Below, one piece after another: positions 1 to 9,169 of a DNA stretch of 64,000 bases. The position numbers and the translations under genes were made by a program. A model generated the notes under the pieces. That model made no database searches. It had not been told where the DNA came from and was given only the letters and a program-made list of their open reading frames with translations. Where the stretch lies: positions 1-64,000 of the forward strand of contig JAWLHB010000025.1 in assembly GCA_041690595.1 (NCBI GenBank), in the 5' to 3' direction. Source of the DNA: Lentisphaeria bacterium (GTDB lineage: Bacteria; Verrucomicrobiota; Lentisphaeria; JABSQK01; JAWLHB01). The stretch's first letter is position 1; each line of letters begins with the position of its first letter.

Positions 1-91
1 GAAAAGTATTCGGAGGATCACGGAGATCCAAAAGTGAGGTGAACTTATTTCCGCAGAAATGCCCACAAGCGGCAAATTTTTAACACGCCAG

Positions 92-133
92 GTCTGACGT
101 GGCTGACGGGTCGGACGAGGTCTGACGGGTCTG
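92..133. repeat. Short ~9-10-nt periodic tract (gtctgacg/gtcggacg units)
   Basis: gtctgacgt-ggctgacgg-gtcggacga-ggtctgacgg-gtctg read directly. Confidence 0.6.
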
Positions 134-148
134 TGACTGGTGAACTGG

Positions 149-200
149 AAGTGCCTGTCCCCGAGGTGAGGGAAAAGTACCTGTCCCCGGGGTGAGGGAA
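149..200. repeat. 26-bp tandem repeat x2 (aagtRcctgtccccgRggtgagggaa), REP-like
   Basis: Copies at 149-174 and 175-200 differ at 2 positions. Confidence 0.85.
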
Positions 201-217
201 GACTTCCGGCGGGGGTA

Positions 218-1240
218 CTATGCGGTAGTGGGCTCGGGCAATGTGGCGAGGGCAGGGGCACCGACGCGGAGGAAGGTGCGGTAGGCCCAGTCATCCCATT
301 CGGGGGTGACGCCAATGCCATGGAGATCGCCATAGTTTTTGGCGATGAAGCCGCCGCGGAAGGTCTCCACCAGGCGTGTCGTTTCGCGCTCGATCAGGTC
401 GCGATCGCCAGTCGGCAGTACCTTCTGGATGTCGCATGGGGAGTAGAGACCCACGCCGTGGCGGCGCAGGGTGGCGGCAAGGGCGGGCTGATCATAGACG
501 GCGGGTTGATCGAACTGCAGGCAATCGATACCGGCCTCGCAGAGATCGTCGATCAGGTCGGCATTGTAGCCACAGGAGTGCTGGAGGACCTTCATGCCGT
601 ACTGGTGGGCTCGCGAGGTGAGGCGTTCATAAAGGGGACGATACAGGCGCCGCCACATGGGCGGGCCGATGAGCAGCCTGTCCTGCGTACCCAGATCCTC
701 ACAGAACATGATGCCATCGAGCCCCGCTTCGCCAAAACGATCGATGACCTTCTCCAGCAGCGAGGTTACCCGATCGTGAAGAATGGCGATCCGCTCCGGC
801 TCGGTAACGACGTCCATGAAGTAGATCTCCATCCGGCGCATGTAGCGGCAGATGGAAAAGGGCCAGCCGGGGAGGAAGCCGCAGCGGAACTTGTCGGTGT
901 CGGCCTTGCCCAGCTCGCGTGCGGCGGTGAAGAATTCGGGCGTATCGAGGGCGGGGAGTTCGAGGCTGTCGAGGGCATTCCAATCTTCGAGGACCGGCTT
1001 GCAGACTTCGCCTCCCTGCGACATGCCGAGCTTGCGATGCCAGAGGTTGCCCCAGATATCCGTGTGGAACTCGACATCGCCTTCGGTCCAGATCCTGGTC
1101 TCGATGGTGTGCTGGACACCGCAACCGGCAAAGTCGTTGACGCGAGTGTCGCCGCTGAAGTTGAGTCCAATCCGGTCGTCGCAGCGGAACTCGATATTGG
1201 CGATGATGACTTCTCTTGGCGTCATGAGCTTGTTCTCCAT
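218..1240 (-). CDS. Uroporphyrinogen decarboxylase / MtaA-CmuA-like family protein
   Basis: 340 aa; TDIWG, EDLGTQDRLLIGP, HSCG (H-x-C metal motif), DIQKVLPTG. Confidence 0.85.
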   Translation of the reverse strand: MENKLMTPREVIIANIEFRCDDRIGLNFSGDTRVNDFAGCGVQHTIETRIWTEGDVEFHTDIWGNLWHRKLGMSQGGEVCKPVLEDWNALDSLELPALDTPEFFTAARELGKADTDKFRCGFLPGWPFSICRYMRRMEIYFMDVVTEPERIAILHDRVTSLLEKVIDRFGEAGLDGIMFCEDLGTQDRLLIGPPMWRRLYRPLYERLTSRAHQYGMKVLQHSCGYNADLIDDLCEAGIDCLQFDQPAVYDQPALAATLRRHGVGLYSPCDIQKVLPTGDRDLIERETTRLVETFRGGFIAKNYGDLHGIGVTPEWDDWAYRTFLRVGAPALATLPEPTTA

Positions 1241-1252
1241 GGCGGGCTTGAG

Positions 1253-3196
1253 TTATTGCTTGCGTGGAAGATAAATGACGAACTCGGTGCCGACTCCTTC
1301 GGTGGTGTCAACATGGATCCAGCCACCATGGTTTTCGACACAGCCGTAGGCCATGGCCAACCCCATGCCTGTTCCTTTGGATTGCTTGGTCGTATAAAAC
1401 GGTTCGAAAATACGGCGTTTGACGTCGTCACTCATGCCGCAGCCGTTGTCGCGAATGCGGATGACGACATAGTCTTCGGGACGACGGTCCGTCCAGGCCT
1501 TGTTCCAGCCGGGGGTGAACTCGGTGGCGGGTTCACCGCGGAAGATGATACGGCCGTCATCCTCCGCCAGGGCATCCTGGGCGTTGAGCAACAGGTTGAA
1601 GAGCATCTGCTGCAACTGGGTGAAGTCGCCTTCCAGAACCATGGGGTCGGGGTGGAGGACGACCCGCAGCTTGGAGTTCTTGCCGAGCAGGGGGCGAAAG
1701 AGTTCTTCGGTCTGCTTGATCAGGTTCATGATCTCGATGCTTTCCACGTGGTACTTGCCGCCACGGGCGAAGCCGAGGAGCTGGTCGGTGAGTGTCGAGG
1801 CACGTTCGGTGGCGGTGGCGATATTGGAGACCATCTGGCGGCTCTTGTCGTCCCGTCGCACCTGCTTCTCGAGAATATCGAGGCTGCCCTGGATGGCATG
1901 CAGCAGATTGTTGAAGTCGTGGGCGATGCCACCTGCAAGCTTGCCGACAGCCTCCATGCGTTGAGAATGCAGTAATTGCTCCTGAAGTTCCTGGCGCTCG
2001 CTTTCCAGGCGCTTGCGCTGCGTGATGTCGCGCGCGACGACCAGGCCGCCTTCCGTTTCCTGCAGGAAGAGAGGCGAGATGACGGCATCGAGGATGAGGT
2101 CCTGTCCCGTCCGGGTGACCATGTGCAGCTCGTGCACGGCAACATGCAGGCGCTGTTCGCTCTGGGTTTCGTCAGGATTCGGATAGATCTGCTTCCAGAC
2201 GCCTTCCCAGTCAAAGGGGCGACCATCGCCAGTCCGGCAGAAGGATTGAAGTTTGAGTTTGAGGAGGTGGTCGATGAAGTAGCCGGACGAATCGATAGCG
2301 GTGCGATTGGCGTCCAGGATGATGCCGTTTCTGCCCAGGAGAAAGATAAGGTCATTGCTGTTTTCCACCACCATGCGGTAACGGCCTTCCCATTCGCGCA
2401 CGTTGGCGTGGAGGCGTTGCGCATGGCCATAGGCGCCGAGAAAGGCAACCAGAATGTCCAGCGGGCGGCGGGGCGAGGTTTCGTGGGTGCGCGGTGCATC
2501 GCGCATCTTGAGATAGACAGTGGTCAGCAGGCTGACCCAAAGCATCGCGCTGGCGCGGGAGAGGTAGGAGCTGCGCAGCCCGTCCCACCAGTCCGCGGCT
2601 GGGAAGCGGATGACCAACTCGTAGAAGAAGGCGTCAAGCACCTCGACGAAGATGAGGGCGCCGGTCACCGAGACGCCCAGGCGGCAGTTGCGGCCGCGCA
2701 GGATCTCGTAGACAACAGGCAGGGCGAAGAACTGGATGAGGATGGAGAGCAGGGAGGCGAGCATGAAGGTGCGGCTGGTCGAGAAGAGGTTCTGCATGAA
2801 GGAGGAGTTCAGTTCCAGCTCGTAGGCGGGGAAATCGGTGCTGACCTGCTTTTCGGAAAGGAAGGTGATGTAGATGAAGATGCCGAGAATGGCGAGCATA
2901 CCGAGCATGAGACGCTGGGTCTCGAGCGTTCCATCGACGATGTAGATGATCAGCAGGGCGGCCATGAAGGGGGTGAAGAAGACAGTGCTGCCGATGCTGA
3001 TCTCGAAACCGAGGTAGATACCGGTCAGCTTGATGCCCGCTGCCGTGATGAACTGGGTAAGGACCATTAGGGCGCCGAGGGCCAGGTAGAAGGCCGCGGA
3101 ACCGATGGCGAACTTCAGGCGATGCAGGAGCATGATGGAGACCAGAATGAAGGTCAGCTCGAGCAGGGCCAATCCGTATGCAGGCAACAGGGTCAT
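1253..3196 (-). CDS. Membrane-bound PAS sensor histidine kinase with VUT/YhhQ-like N-terminal membrane domain
   Basis: Start taken at ATG 3196 (MTLLPAY); about 8 hydrophobic segments, PAS (YRMVVENSNDLIF), HisKA (LAGGIAHDFNNLL), N box (NLLLNAQDA), G1/F/G2 boxes (DNGCG, FEPFYTTK, GTGMGL); no receiver domain. Confidence 0.9.
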   Translation of the reverse strand: MTLLPAYGLALLELTFILVSIMLLHRLKFAIGSAAFYLALGALMVLTQFITAAGIKLTGIYLGFEISIGSTVFFTPFMAALLIIYIVDGTLETQRLMLGMLAILGIFIYITFLSEKQVSTDFPAYELELNSSFMQNLFSTSRTFMLASLLSILIQFFALPVVYEILRGRNCRLGVSVTGALIFVEVLDAFFYELVIRFPAADWWDGLRSSYLSRASAMLWVSLLTTVYLKMRDAPRTHETSPRRPLDILVAFLGAYGHAQRLHANVREWEGRYRMVVENSNDLIFLLGRNGIILDANRTAIDSSGYFIDHLLKLKLQSFCRTGDGRPFDWEGVWKQIYPNPDETQSEQRLHVAVHELHMVTRTGQDLILDAVISPLFLQETEGGLVVARDITQRKRLESERQELQEQLLHSQRMEAVGKLAGGIAHDFNNLLHAIQGSLDILEKQVRRDDKSRQMVSNIATATERASTLTDQLLGFARGGKYHVESIEIMNLIKQTEELFRPLLGKNSKLRVVLHPDPMVLEGDFTQLQQMLFNLLLNAQDALAEDDGRIIFRGEPATEFTPGWNKAWTDRRPEDYVVIRIRDNGCGMSDDVKRRIFEPFYTTKQSKGTGMGLAMAYGCVENHGGWIHVDTTEGVGTEFVIYLPRKQ

Positions 3197-3449
3197 GGCG
3201 CGAGGTCCGCGGCGGTATCTGGGGGGGGAGTGGTGGTGGGACAATGGTCCAGAGTGATCAGGTGTCAACTTACACTGTGAACTGGCGCTGTCATGCGCAG
3301 TTGCAGAGATTGAAGGCGGTAGCCGGTGAGTTGCCGGTAAAATAAAAGGTGCGTGTTGATAAGTGTATGCCGGTGGAGTAATTTGTAGAGGGTCGTAACG
3401 TGCAGGGTCTACGCTAAGCGCAAAACGTGAAAGCTTGAGGGAGAGAAAG

Positions 3450-4493
3450 ATGATGTCTCCGATACTGATCATTCGACGTCTGCGAGCACAGGGGATAGCC
3501 TTTGCCGTTGTTGCCTGCTGCATATGGGGTATGCCACACGAGGTAAATGCGGCGCCCAGTGAGCCTCTGCCACCCTCGGCTTCTCTGCGGGCTCAGAGGC
3601 CGGTCATCGAGAAAGAGCTTGCCTTGTTGGAGAAGGAGCTGAGCGCGGAGCAGCAGTACCTGAGTGAGCTTCAGATGCAACGCGAGGATTTACGGCAGGA
3701 ATTGGCAGAGACGATCGTAGCAGTAGAAACCGGCACCATGGCTGCCGAGCCGAAGGCACGCCAAGGGCTCTTTGGCAGGATCTTCAGCAAGAAGCCGAAG
3801 ACACCGGAGCAGAAGCTGCGGGCAATTCAGGACGAAATCGAAAACATCGGCTACGAAATCGATGATCAGGAATCGGCCATCGGCCACCTGCGTACGAAGC
3901 TGGAGACGCAGCAGCAGATGCTGGCGCGGCTCGATGCGCAGATCAACTATGTGGATGCCAAGATAGCCGCGGAGTCGGGGAGCCGAAATACGAATTATCA
4001 TGGCAACCTTGCCGTGCAACTGGCGCAGGATAAGAAGGCGGCTTTCGCCCAGGTGCGTGACCTTTCGCGGGGGCTTGCCAGCCTTCGCGCTTCGGATGCT
4101 CCTCTTGACGAGATTGCGGCTGCCGAGGCAGAGTTGCGTGCCGCGGAAAAGGAAGCCGTACGCATCGATCGCGCGCTGGACCATCATCAGTACGAACAGA
4201 TGCGGGCGGCAAAATCGGCTGAAAGCAGCCAGAGCGAGCTTCAAGCTGCCTATGTGCGGTTGCAGCAATTGGGAATCAGTATGAGCGATGCGGAAGTTGC
4301 TGCCATAGTCGAGCAGTCAAAGAAGCCAGAGAGCCGGATGGATGTATATTTTCTCTCGCCATTGCGCAAGTATGTGGCGCAGCCTCTGGAGCGTGGCGCC
4401 AGCCGCGTGGGTGAGAGTTTCAACAGCTGGTTCGGTAGCGATAATGATGGAACAGACGCGGAGCAGCCTGAGGATGCGACTGGGAGAAACTGA
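3450..4493 (+). CDS. Exported long coiled-coil protein, function unknown
   Basis: Basic plus hydrophobic N-terminus ending near VNA-AP; E/Q/L/A-rich heptad pattern; GAGGGAG upstream of ATG 3450. Confidence 0.75.
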   Translation: MMSPILIIRRLRAQGIAFAVVACCIWGMPHEVNAAPSEPLPPSASLRAQRPVIEKELALLEKELSAEQQYLSELQMQREDLRQELAETIVAVETGTMAAEPKARQGLFGRIFSKKPKTPEQKLRAIQDEIENIGYEIDDQESAIGHLRTKLETQQQMLARLDAQINYVDAKIAAESGSRNTNYHGNLAVQLAQDKKAAFAQVRDLSRGLASLRASDAPLDEIAAAEAELRAAEKEAVRIDRALDHHQYEQMRAAKSAESSQSELQAAYVRLQQLGISMSDAEVAAIVEQSKKPESRMDVYFLSPLRKYVAQPLERGASRVGESFNSWFGSDNDGTDAEQPEDATGRN

Positions 4494-5109
4494 TCTGCGT
4501 TTTCCTGGTTGTTTCCGCGAATGGTCAGGCAAGCTGGTGCTCCTCCTGCTGATTCTTGGTGTCGCGATCATACCCCCGGGTATGGCGCAGGCAACGACTG
4601 GCGCGGTGGGGAGCGAGAATACGCCGGAAATGCAGGTGCATTACCTACTGCTTGCACGTGAGACGGCTGCCATGGCCGCGGCAAACCGGGAGAAGCTTCA
4701 GCAGGCGGTTGTCTTCCACGAAGAACGGCGCGATCTGTTGCAGCAGCGGCTGCTCTTTGCCCGGGTAGAAGTAGACGTTCGAACTCGCCAGGCGGGGGTG
4801 GCACTGGAAGCGACGGACGGTGGCGACGCGGGAACTGAAGCGATGCTGACCCTGCGCGAAGCGGAGCAGCGCGTCATTCAGCTCTTTCAGCTGCACGAAC
4901 GGGCGCAGCGTCAGGTGGAGCTGGCAAAGGCAAATCTAACGCAGGCGCAGGAAGAGGCTGCCGACGCTCGGAAGAAGCTGCAGGTCCTGGAGGATCAGGT
5001 CAAAGCGGGTGGACACGAGCAGCTGCTGGAACTGATTCCTCAGGTGCAGAGCGACGAGCTTCGCCATGTGGATATCTGCCCCTATTGCCGTGATCGCGCG
5101 CAGCCGTGA
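4474..5109 (+). CDS. Exported coiled-coil protein with C-terminal CPYC motif
   Basis: Hydrophobic signal (KLVLLLLILGVAII..MAQ), heptad-rich body, VDICPYC; overlaps previous stop; start uncertain. Confidence 0.65.
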   Translation: MRLGETDLRFPGCFREWSGKLVLLLLILGVAIIPPGMAQATTGAVGSENTPEMQVHYLLLARETAAMAAANREKLQQAVVFHEERRDLLQQRLLFARVEVDVRTRQAGVALEATDGGDAGTEAMLTLREAEQRVIQLFQLHERAQRQVELAKANLTQAQEEAADARKKLQVLEDQVKAGGHEQLLELIPQVQSDELRHVDICPYCRDRAQP

Positions 5110-5196
5110 CCGCATAGTCTTTGCTGACGGAGACTTGCTTTTCTGGCGGAAGAAGCGCACGTTATTGCCTTTTCAGCTTTTTCCTGGAGGCGAATC

Positions 5197-5862
5197 ATGT
5201 ATCGAAGCTGCTTTGCTGCTCTGTTGATGACGACGGTTTGGTGTGCCGGTGCACTGGAGTGGGAGAAGAGCTCCCTGGAGTTCGAGCTGCCAACCGGAGT
5301 ACTGACGGCAAAAGGATCGTTTCAGTTCACCAATACGGGTGAGGAGATGATTACCATCACCGATATCAAGACCAATTGCGGGTGCACGACGGCGACCCTT
5401 ACCAAACGCGCGTATGCGCCAGGGGAAAGGGGGATGATCGAGGCGGAGCTGACGCTGCAACAGGGAGAGACGCATCGTAGTCGCTTCATCACCGTCTTCT
5501 CGACGGATCGTCCGAAAGGGCACGTGCTGACTATTGCGGCCCGGGCACCGAAACTCGTCGATGTCAGCCCACGAATGCTCATCTGGTCGCATGCTGAAGG
5601 CAATGTGCGGAAGAGCGTGGTGGTCAGCGTGGAAGCCGATCAACCGATCCACATTACAGATGCCGAATCCACGTCGAGCAGCTTTCAAGTGAAGATCGAG
5701 ACCGTGAAGAAAGGTCGCCTTTACCATATTCACATCACCCCTACCACGACAGAAGTAAAGGCTACCGCGCGGATATCCCTTATGACTGATTTTCCCGAAG
5801 AGAGCCCGATCGTTTACTCGTGCTATGCGCGGGTCTTGGAAACGCTGGGCACGAAGCCATGA
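5197..5862 (+). CDS. DUF1573-domain (Ig-like) exported protein
   Basis: Signal peptide; F.FTNTG...I.DIKTNCGCT....PGE.G.I signature; GGAGG RBS. Confidence 0.85.
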   Translation: MYRSCFAALLMTTVWCAGALEWEKSSLEFELPTGVLTAKGSFQFTNTGEEMITITDIKTNCGCTTATLTKRAYAPGERGMIEAELTLQQGETHRSRFITVFSTDRPKGHVLTIAARAPKLVDVSPRMLIWSHAEGNVRKSVVVSVEADQPIHITDAESTSSSFQVKIETVKKGRLYHIHITPTTTEVKATARISLMTDFPEESPIVYSCYARVLETLGTKP

Positions 5863-6581
5863 AGCTGGCCCTGAGGCTCTGGCTGTGTCTCGTCTTCAGC
5901 CTTCCGCTACAGGCGAAGCTGGTCTGGGAAGAAACTGCGATCACCCGCACCGTACCACCTAACGTGGACGAAGTCGGCGCCCAATTCGTTTTTCGCAATA
6001 GCGGCGGAGATACGATCGAGATCGTGGATGTCAAGACCTCCTGTGGCTGCACGACTGCCGTTTCCGGCAAACATGAATACAAGCCCGGTGAAGAGGGCAG
6101 CATTGACGCCACCCTCAGCGTTGGGAGCCTCGCCGGCGACACCATGACCAAAAAGATCTACGTGCGGTATCGCGAAAAAGGCGAGACGAAGGTGGACGAA
6201 TTGAGCATCAGTGCTTACGCGCCAGAGTATGTGCGCCAGTCACGCAAGGCGTTGTCATGGGATCATGGCATGCTGGTGCTGCCGCAGCGCGTTATCTTCA
6301 GCGTGGTACACCATGAGCCGATTCACCTGCGCGAGGTGGTCGCTTCGCGGAGTGGTTTCACCTTCGAACTCAAGACCATCGCGCCCGGACGCAAGTACGA
6401 GTTGATCGTGGCGCCTGAGCCGAATGCCACAAGCCCCAGTTACGCGACACTTGAGGTGCTTGCCGACTTTCCCCCAGAGAAGCCCTTTGTGTACCAGGTT
6501 CAGGCGCGCCTCCAGCCCAATCGCCAGCACAGCGCGCTCTGGTATGCCTGGCGGCAACGCCTGGTACATCTGCTCTTCTGA
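5859..6581 (+). CDS. DUF1573-domain exported protein (paralogue)
   Basis: ATGA overlap with previous gene; signal peptide; FRNSG...DVKTSCGCT...PGEEGSI. Confidence 0.85.
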   Translation: MKLALRLWLCLVFSLPLQAKLVWEETAITRTVPPNVDEVGAQFVFRNSGGDTIEIVDVKTSCGCTTAVSGKHEYKPGEEGSIDATLSVGSLAGDTMTKKIYVRYREKGETKVDELSISAYAPEYVRQSRKALSWDHGMLVLPQRVIFSVVHHEPIHLREVVASRSGFTFELKTIAPGRKYELIVAPEPNATSPSYATLEVLADFPPEKPFVYQVQARLQPNRQHSALWYAWRQRLVHLLF

Positions 6582-6587
6582 AGGCGG

Positions 6588-9044
6588 CTACGTATAGGTC
6601 TCCCGCAGATGCTTGACCGACAAGGCCTTGCGCAGCTGAGTCACACTTACTTTCTCCTTGGGGTGGAAGAGCAGTTCGCGCGTCTCTCCAGGCAGCAGGC
6701 CAATGCAATTGTCGGAGAACTCACCGCGCAGGCCGTCGGCATTGAGGGTGACGAAAAAGGCCGGCTTGTCCGTGCTGACGCTGATCCGATAGCTCTTCCC
6801 TTCGCTTGTCACCACGGTCTTCACCTTTGCCTTGGCCAAATAGCAGGACTTGAACTGGGTGAAGAGATGCTCCACCGTGGTTATTTCCGAGCCAAGGGTC
6901 ATGGTCAAACGCAGGAAGTGCTGATTACGGACGGGAGAGAGATCGTCCAGTTTGTAGGTGCGCATCGTGCTGGCACTTTCACCGGCAACCTTCTGCTTCC
7001 AACTATCGCTCCATGATTCCTCGCCTTCGAAGGAGAAGAGCTGGAGCTTGAAAGCGGCCCGGCAGCTGTCGGCGCGGTCGCTGACAACGCGGATCTGCAG
7101 GGACTCCTGGTCGAGCTGCAGGACGACCGGAAGGACGGGAGCATAAAAGCGCCGTGCAAGGTAGTGCAGGAGTTTCCACTTACCGCCGTACTCGAGGCTG
7201 GCCCAGGAACAGACGGGCCAGTTGTCGTTGAGTTGCCAGTAGAGGGTTCCCATGCAGGTCGGCCGCAGTGTGCGCCAGTACTCCACCGCCATGCGGATGG
7301 CCAGTGCCTGCTGCACCTGGCTGAGGTAGATAAAGTTGTCGAAGCCTTCCGGCACCCGGAAGAGACGGGTGAACATTTCGGTGATCAGGGAGTTGCCGCG
7401 ATTGTTCTTCTGGTGATGCTCCATGACGGGAGCCGTGACGTTGAACTCCTCTTCGGGCGCATAGCTCCGGATGGTATCCATCGAGGGGAACGATTGATAG
7501 CCGAATTCGGAGCAGAAGCGCGGGGTCACCTGGTAATAGGCATCGAACGACTTTCCCTCATGCCAGACGCTCCAGTAGTGCATGTCGCCGCGCGAGTCGT
7601 CATGCCAGCAGTCGCTGTAGTCGCCACGACCACCGCAGGGTGAGGATGGCCAGAATCGACGAGTCGGATCATGGGCATCCACAACATGGCCGAGCACGCC
7701 TTCGTTGAGCCGGTCGTAGTCGACCAGATACCGGTCACGGTTCTTGCGTGCCTCCGGGAACCAGTTCAAGGCGCCGACGTTCTCGTTGTTGCCGCACCAG
7801 AGGGCGATGCAGGCATGGTCCCGCAGGCGTTTCACCTGGTGCTCGGCTTCTCGGCGGACGCTGGCAAGGAACTCCGGGTTGGCCGGATACAGAGAGCATG
7901 AGAACATGAAGTCGTGCCAGATGAGGAGCCCCTTCTCATCGCAAAGCTGGTAGAAGGCTTCACGTTCGTATTGCCCGCCGCCCCAGACGCGCAGCATGTT
8001 CATGTTGGCGGCCGCGGCGCTGGTCAGCAGCTCATCGTAGACGTCGTCGGTGTGGCGTTGCGGGAGAGCATCCACGGGAATCCAGTTGGCGCCCTTACAG
8101 AAGATGGGGCGTCCGTTGACGCGGAACCAGAGCGAGCGGCCAGTCTCGTCATTCTCGTCGATCACCTCGATCGTGCGCAGGCCGAGGCGTTTCTCGACCA
8201 GTTCGCCGGCCAGAGAGACACGCAGATCGACCAGATGCTGTTCACCCATGCCATTGGGCCACCAGAGCTTGGGCTTGGTGAGCTTGACGCTTGCATGCAC
8301 CAGATTGTAGCCCGGCTGCAGCGTCACCTCGTTGACGACGCTGGTGCCGTCCACGCTCACGTCAAAAGGAACCGTGACGGCGGCGACGGCAAAGGCCTCC
8401 GCGGTTACCAGAACCTCGCAGCTGCCGCGCGCATGCTTTTGTTCGGTGTAGACGTACTCGATGCGAGCTTGCGAGGTGGCGCCAAGCCAGATATCGCCAT
8501 AGATGCCGGATACCATGAGGCAGGGACCCCAGTCCCATCCCGCATGGCAGGGCACTTTGCGAAGGAGATTGCGGTGAGGCGAAAAGACAGGGGCGCTGCT
8601 GGTGGGCACAGGGTAGGGGAGCTTCTCGTTGGCGGCAAGGGCCGCCTTCTCCGGTGACGTAAAGCGAATGCGAATCTCGTTTTCGCCTGCATGCAGATAC
8701 TCTTTCACCTCAATCCGGCAGCGGACGAACATGTTGTCCGAGGTGGTGACATGGCGGCCATTGATGGAGATGGCGGCAACCGTGTCGAGGCTGTCGGCAT
8801 TCAGATAGACCGAGGTGTGCTGGAGAAGGTCGTCAGTGACCGCAAAGGTTCGGGAATACTCCCAGTCGCGCTGCCCAACCCACTGGACCTGCAGCTCGTT
8901 CGTGCCCCAGTACGGGTGGGGAATGCGCTCGGCGGCAAGCAAGGCGCTGTAGGTGTCACCTGGGACGCGAGCGGGGATAGGCTGCCCGTCGGCGGCTGTC
9001 GCCTCGCGCAGTTGCCACTGTCCAGACAAATCGAGAGCTTTCAT
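6588..9044 (-). CDS. Glycoside hydrolase family 2, beta-mannosidase type
   Basis: 818 aa; GWDWGP, KGANWIP, NMLRVWGGG, WCGNNE, GDMHYW, SEFG, YWQLNDNWP motifs. Confidence 0.93.
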   Translation of the reverse strand: MKALDLSGQWQLREATAADGQPIPARVPGDTYSALLAAERIPHPYWGTNELQVQWVGQRDWEYSRTFAVTDDLLQHTSVYLNADSLDTVAAISINGRHVTTSDNMFVRCRIEVKEYLHAGENEIRIRFTSPEKAALAANEKLPYPVPTSSAPVFSPHRNLLRKVPCHAGWDWGPCLMVSGIYGDIWLGATSQARIEYVYTEQKHARGSCEVLVTAEAFAVAAVTVPFDVSVDGTSVVNEVTLQPGYNLVHASVKLTKPKLWWPNGMGEQHLVDLRVSLAGELVEKRLGLRTIEVIDENDETGRSLWFRVNGRPIFCKGANWIPVDALPQRHTDDVYDELLTSAAAANMNMLRVWGGGQYEREAFYQLCDEKGLLIWHDFMFSCSLYPANPEFLASVRREAEHQVKRLRDHACIALWCGNNENVGALNWFPEARKNRDRYLVDYDRLNEGVLGHVVDAHDPTRRFWPSSPCGGRGDYSDCWHDDSRGDMHYWSVWHEGKSFDAYYQVTPRFCSEFGYQSFPSMDTIRSYAPEEEFNVTAPVMEHHQKNNRGNSLITEMFTRLFRVPEGFDNFIYLSQVQQALAIRMAVEYWRTLRPTCMGTLYWQLNDNWPVCSWASLEYGGKWKLLHYLARRFYAPVLPVVLQLDQESLQIRVVSDRADSCRAAFKLQLFSFEGEESWSDSWKQKVAGESASTMRTYKLDDLSPVRNQHFLRLTMTLGSEITTVEHLFTQFKSCYLAKAKVKTVVTSEGKSYRISVSTDKPAFFVTLNADGLRGEFSDNCIGLLPGETRELLFHPKEKVSVTQLRKALSVKHLRETYT

Positions 9045-9146
9045 AGGGGGAACTCCTGCACCGGGTTAATTGAAATGCACCTACAGTACACTCGCTTGCC
9101 GACGCGTCTATTGCGCTGGTGCTGTAAATAAAATCAGAAACGATTA

Positions 9147-9155
9147 TGGTATAAC
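9147..9155 (+). promoter_or_regulatory. Candidate extended -10 promoter (TGnTATAAC) for the 9170 gene
   Basis: tggtataac in an AT-rich divergent spacer just upstream of the start. Confidence 0.45.
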
Positions 9156-9169
9156 CATGCAACCTGGGG

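Noticed and set aside
218..1240. hemE (true uroporphyrinogen decarboxylase)
   Set aside because: Lacks the N-terminal RQAGR motif and carries an H-x-C motif typical of MtaA-like paralogues.
320..3070. Long + strand ORFs 320-1975 and 1976-3070, and similar antisense ORFs (13051-14670, 19077-20918, 38170-40050, 41565-43034, 43231-44700, 49021-50712)
   Set aside because: Shadow ORFs opposite well-supported genes, expected from high-GC codon bias.
3197..3523. N-terminal 109-aa extension of the histidine kinase in the ORF track
   Set aside because: Low-complexity, overlaps the divergent gene start and the promoter spacer; ATG 3196 directly precedes the first TM.
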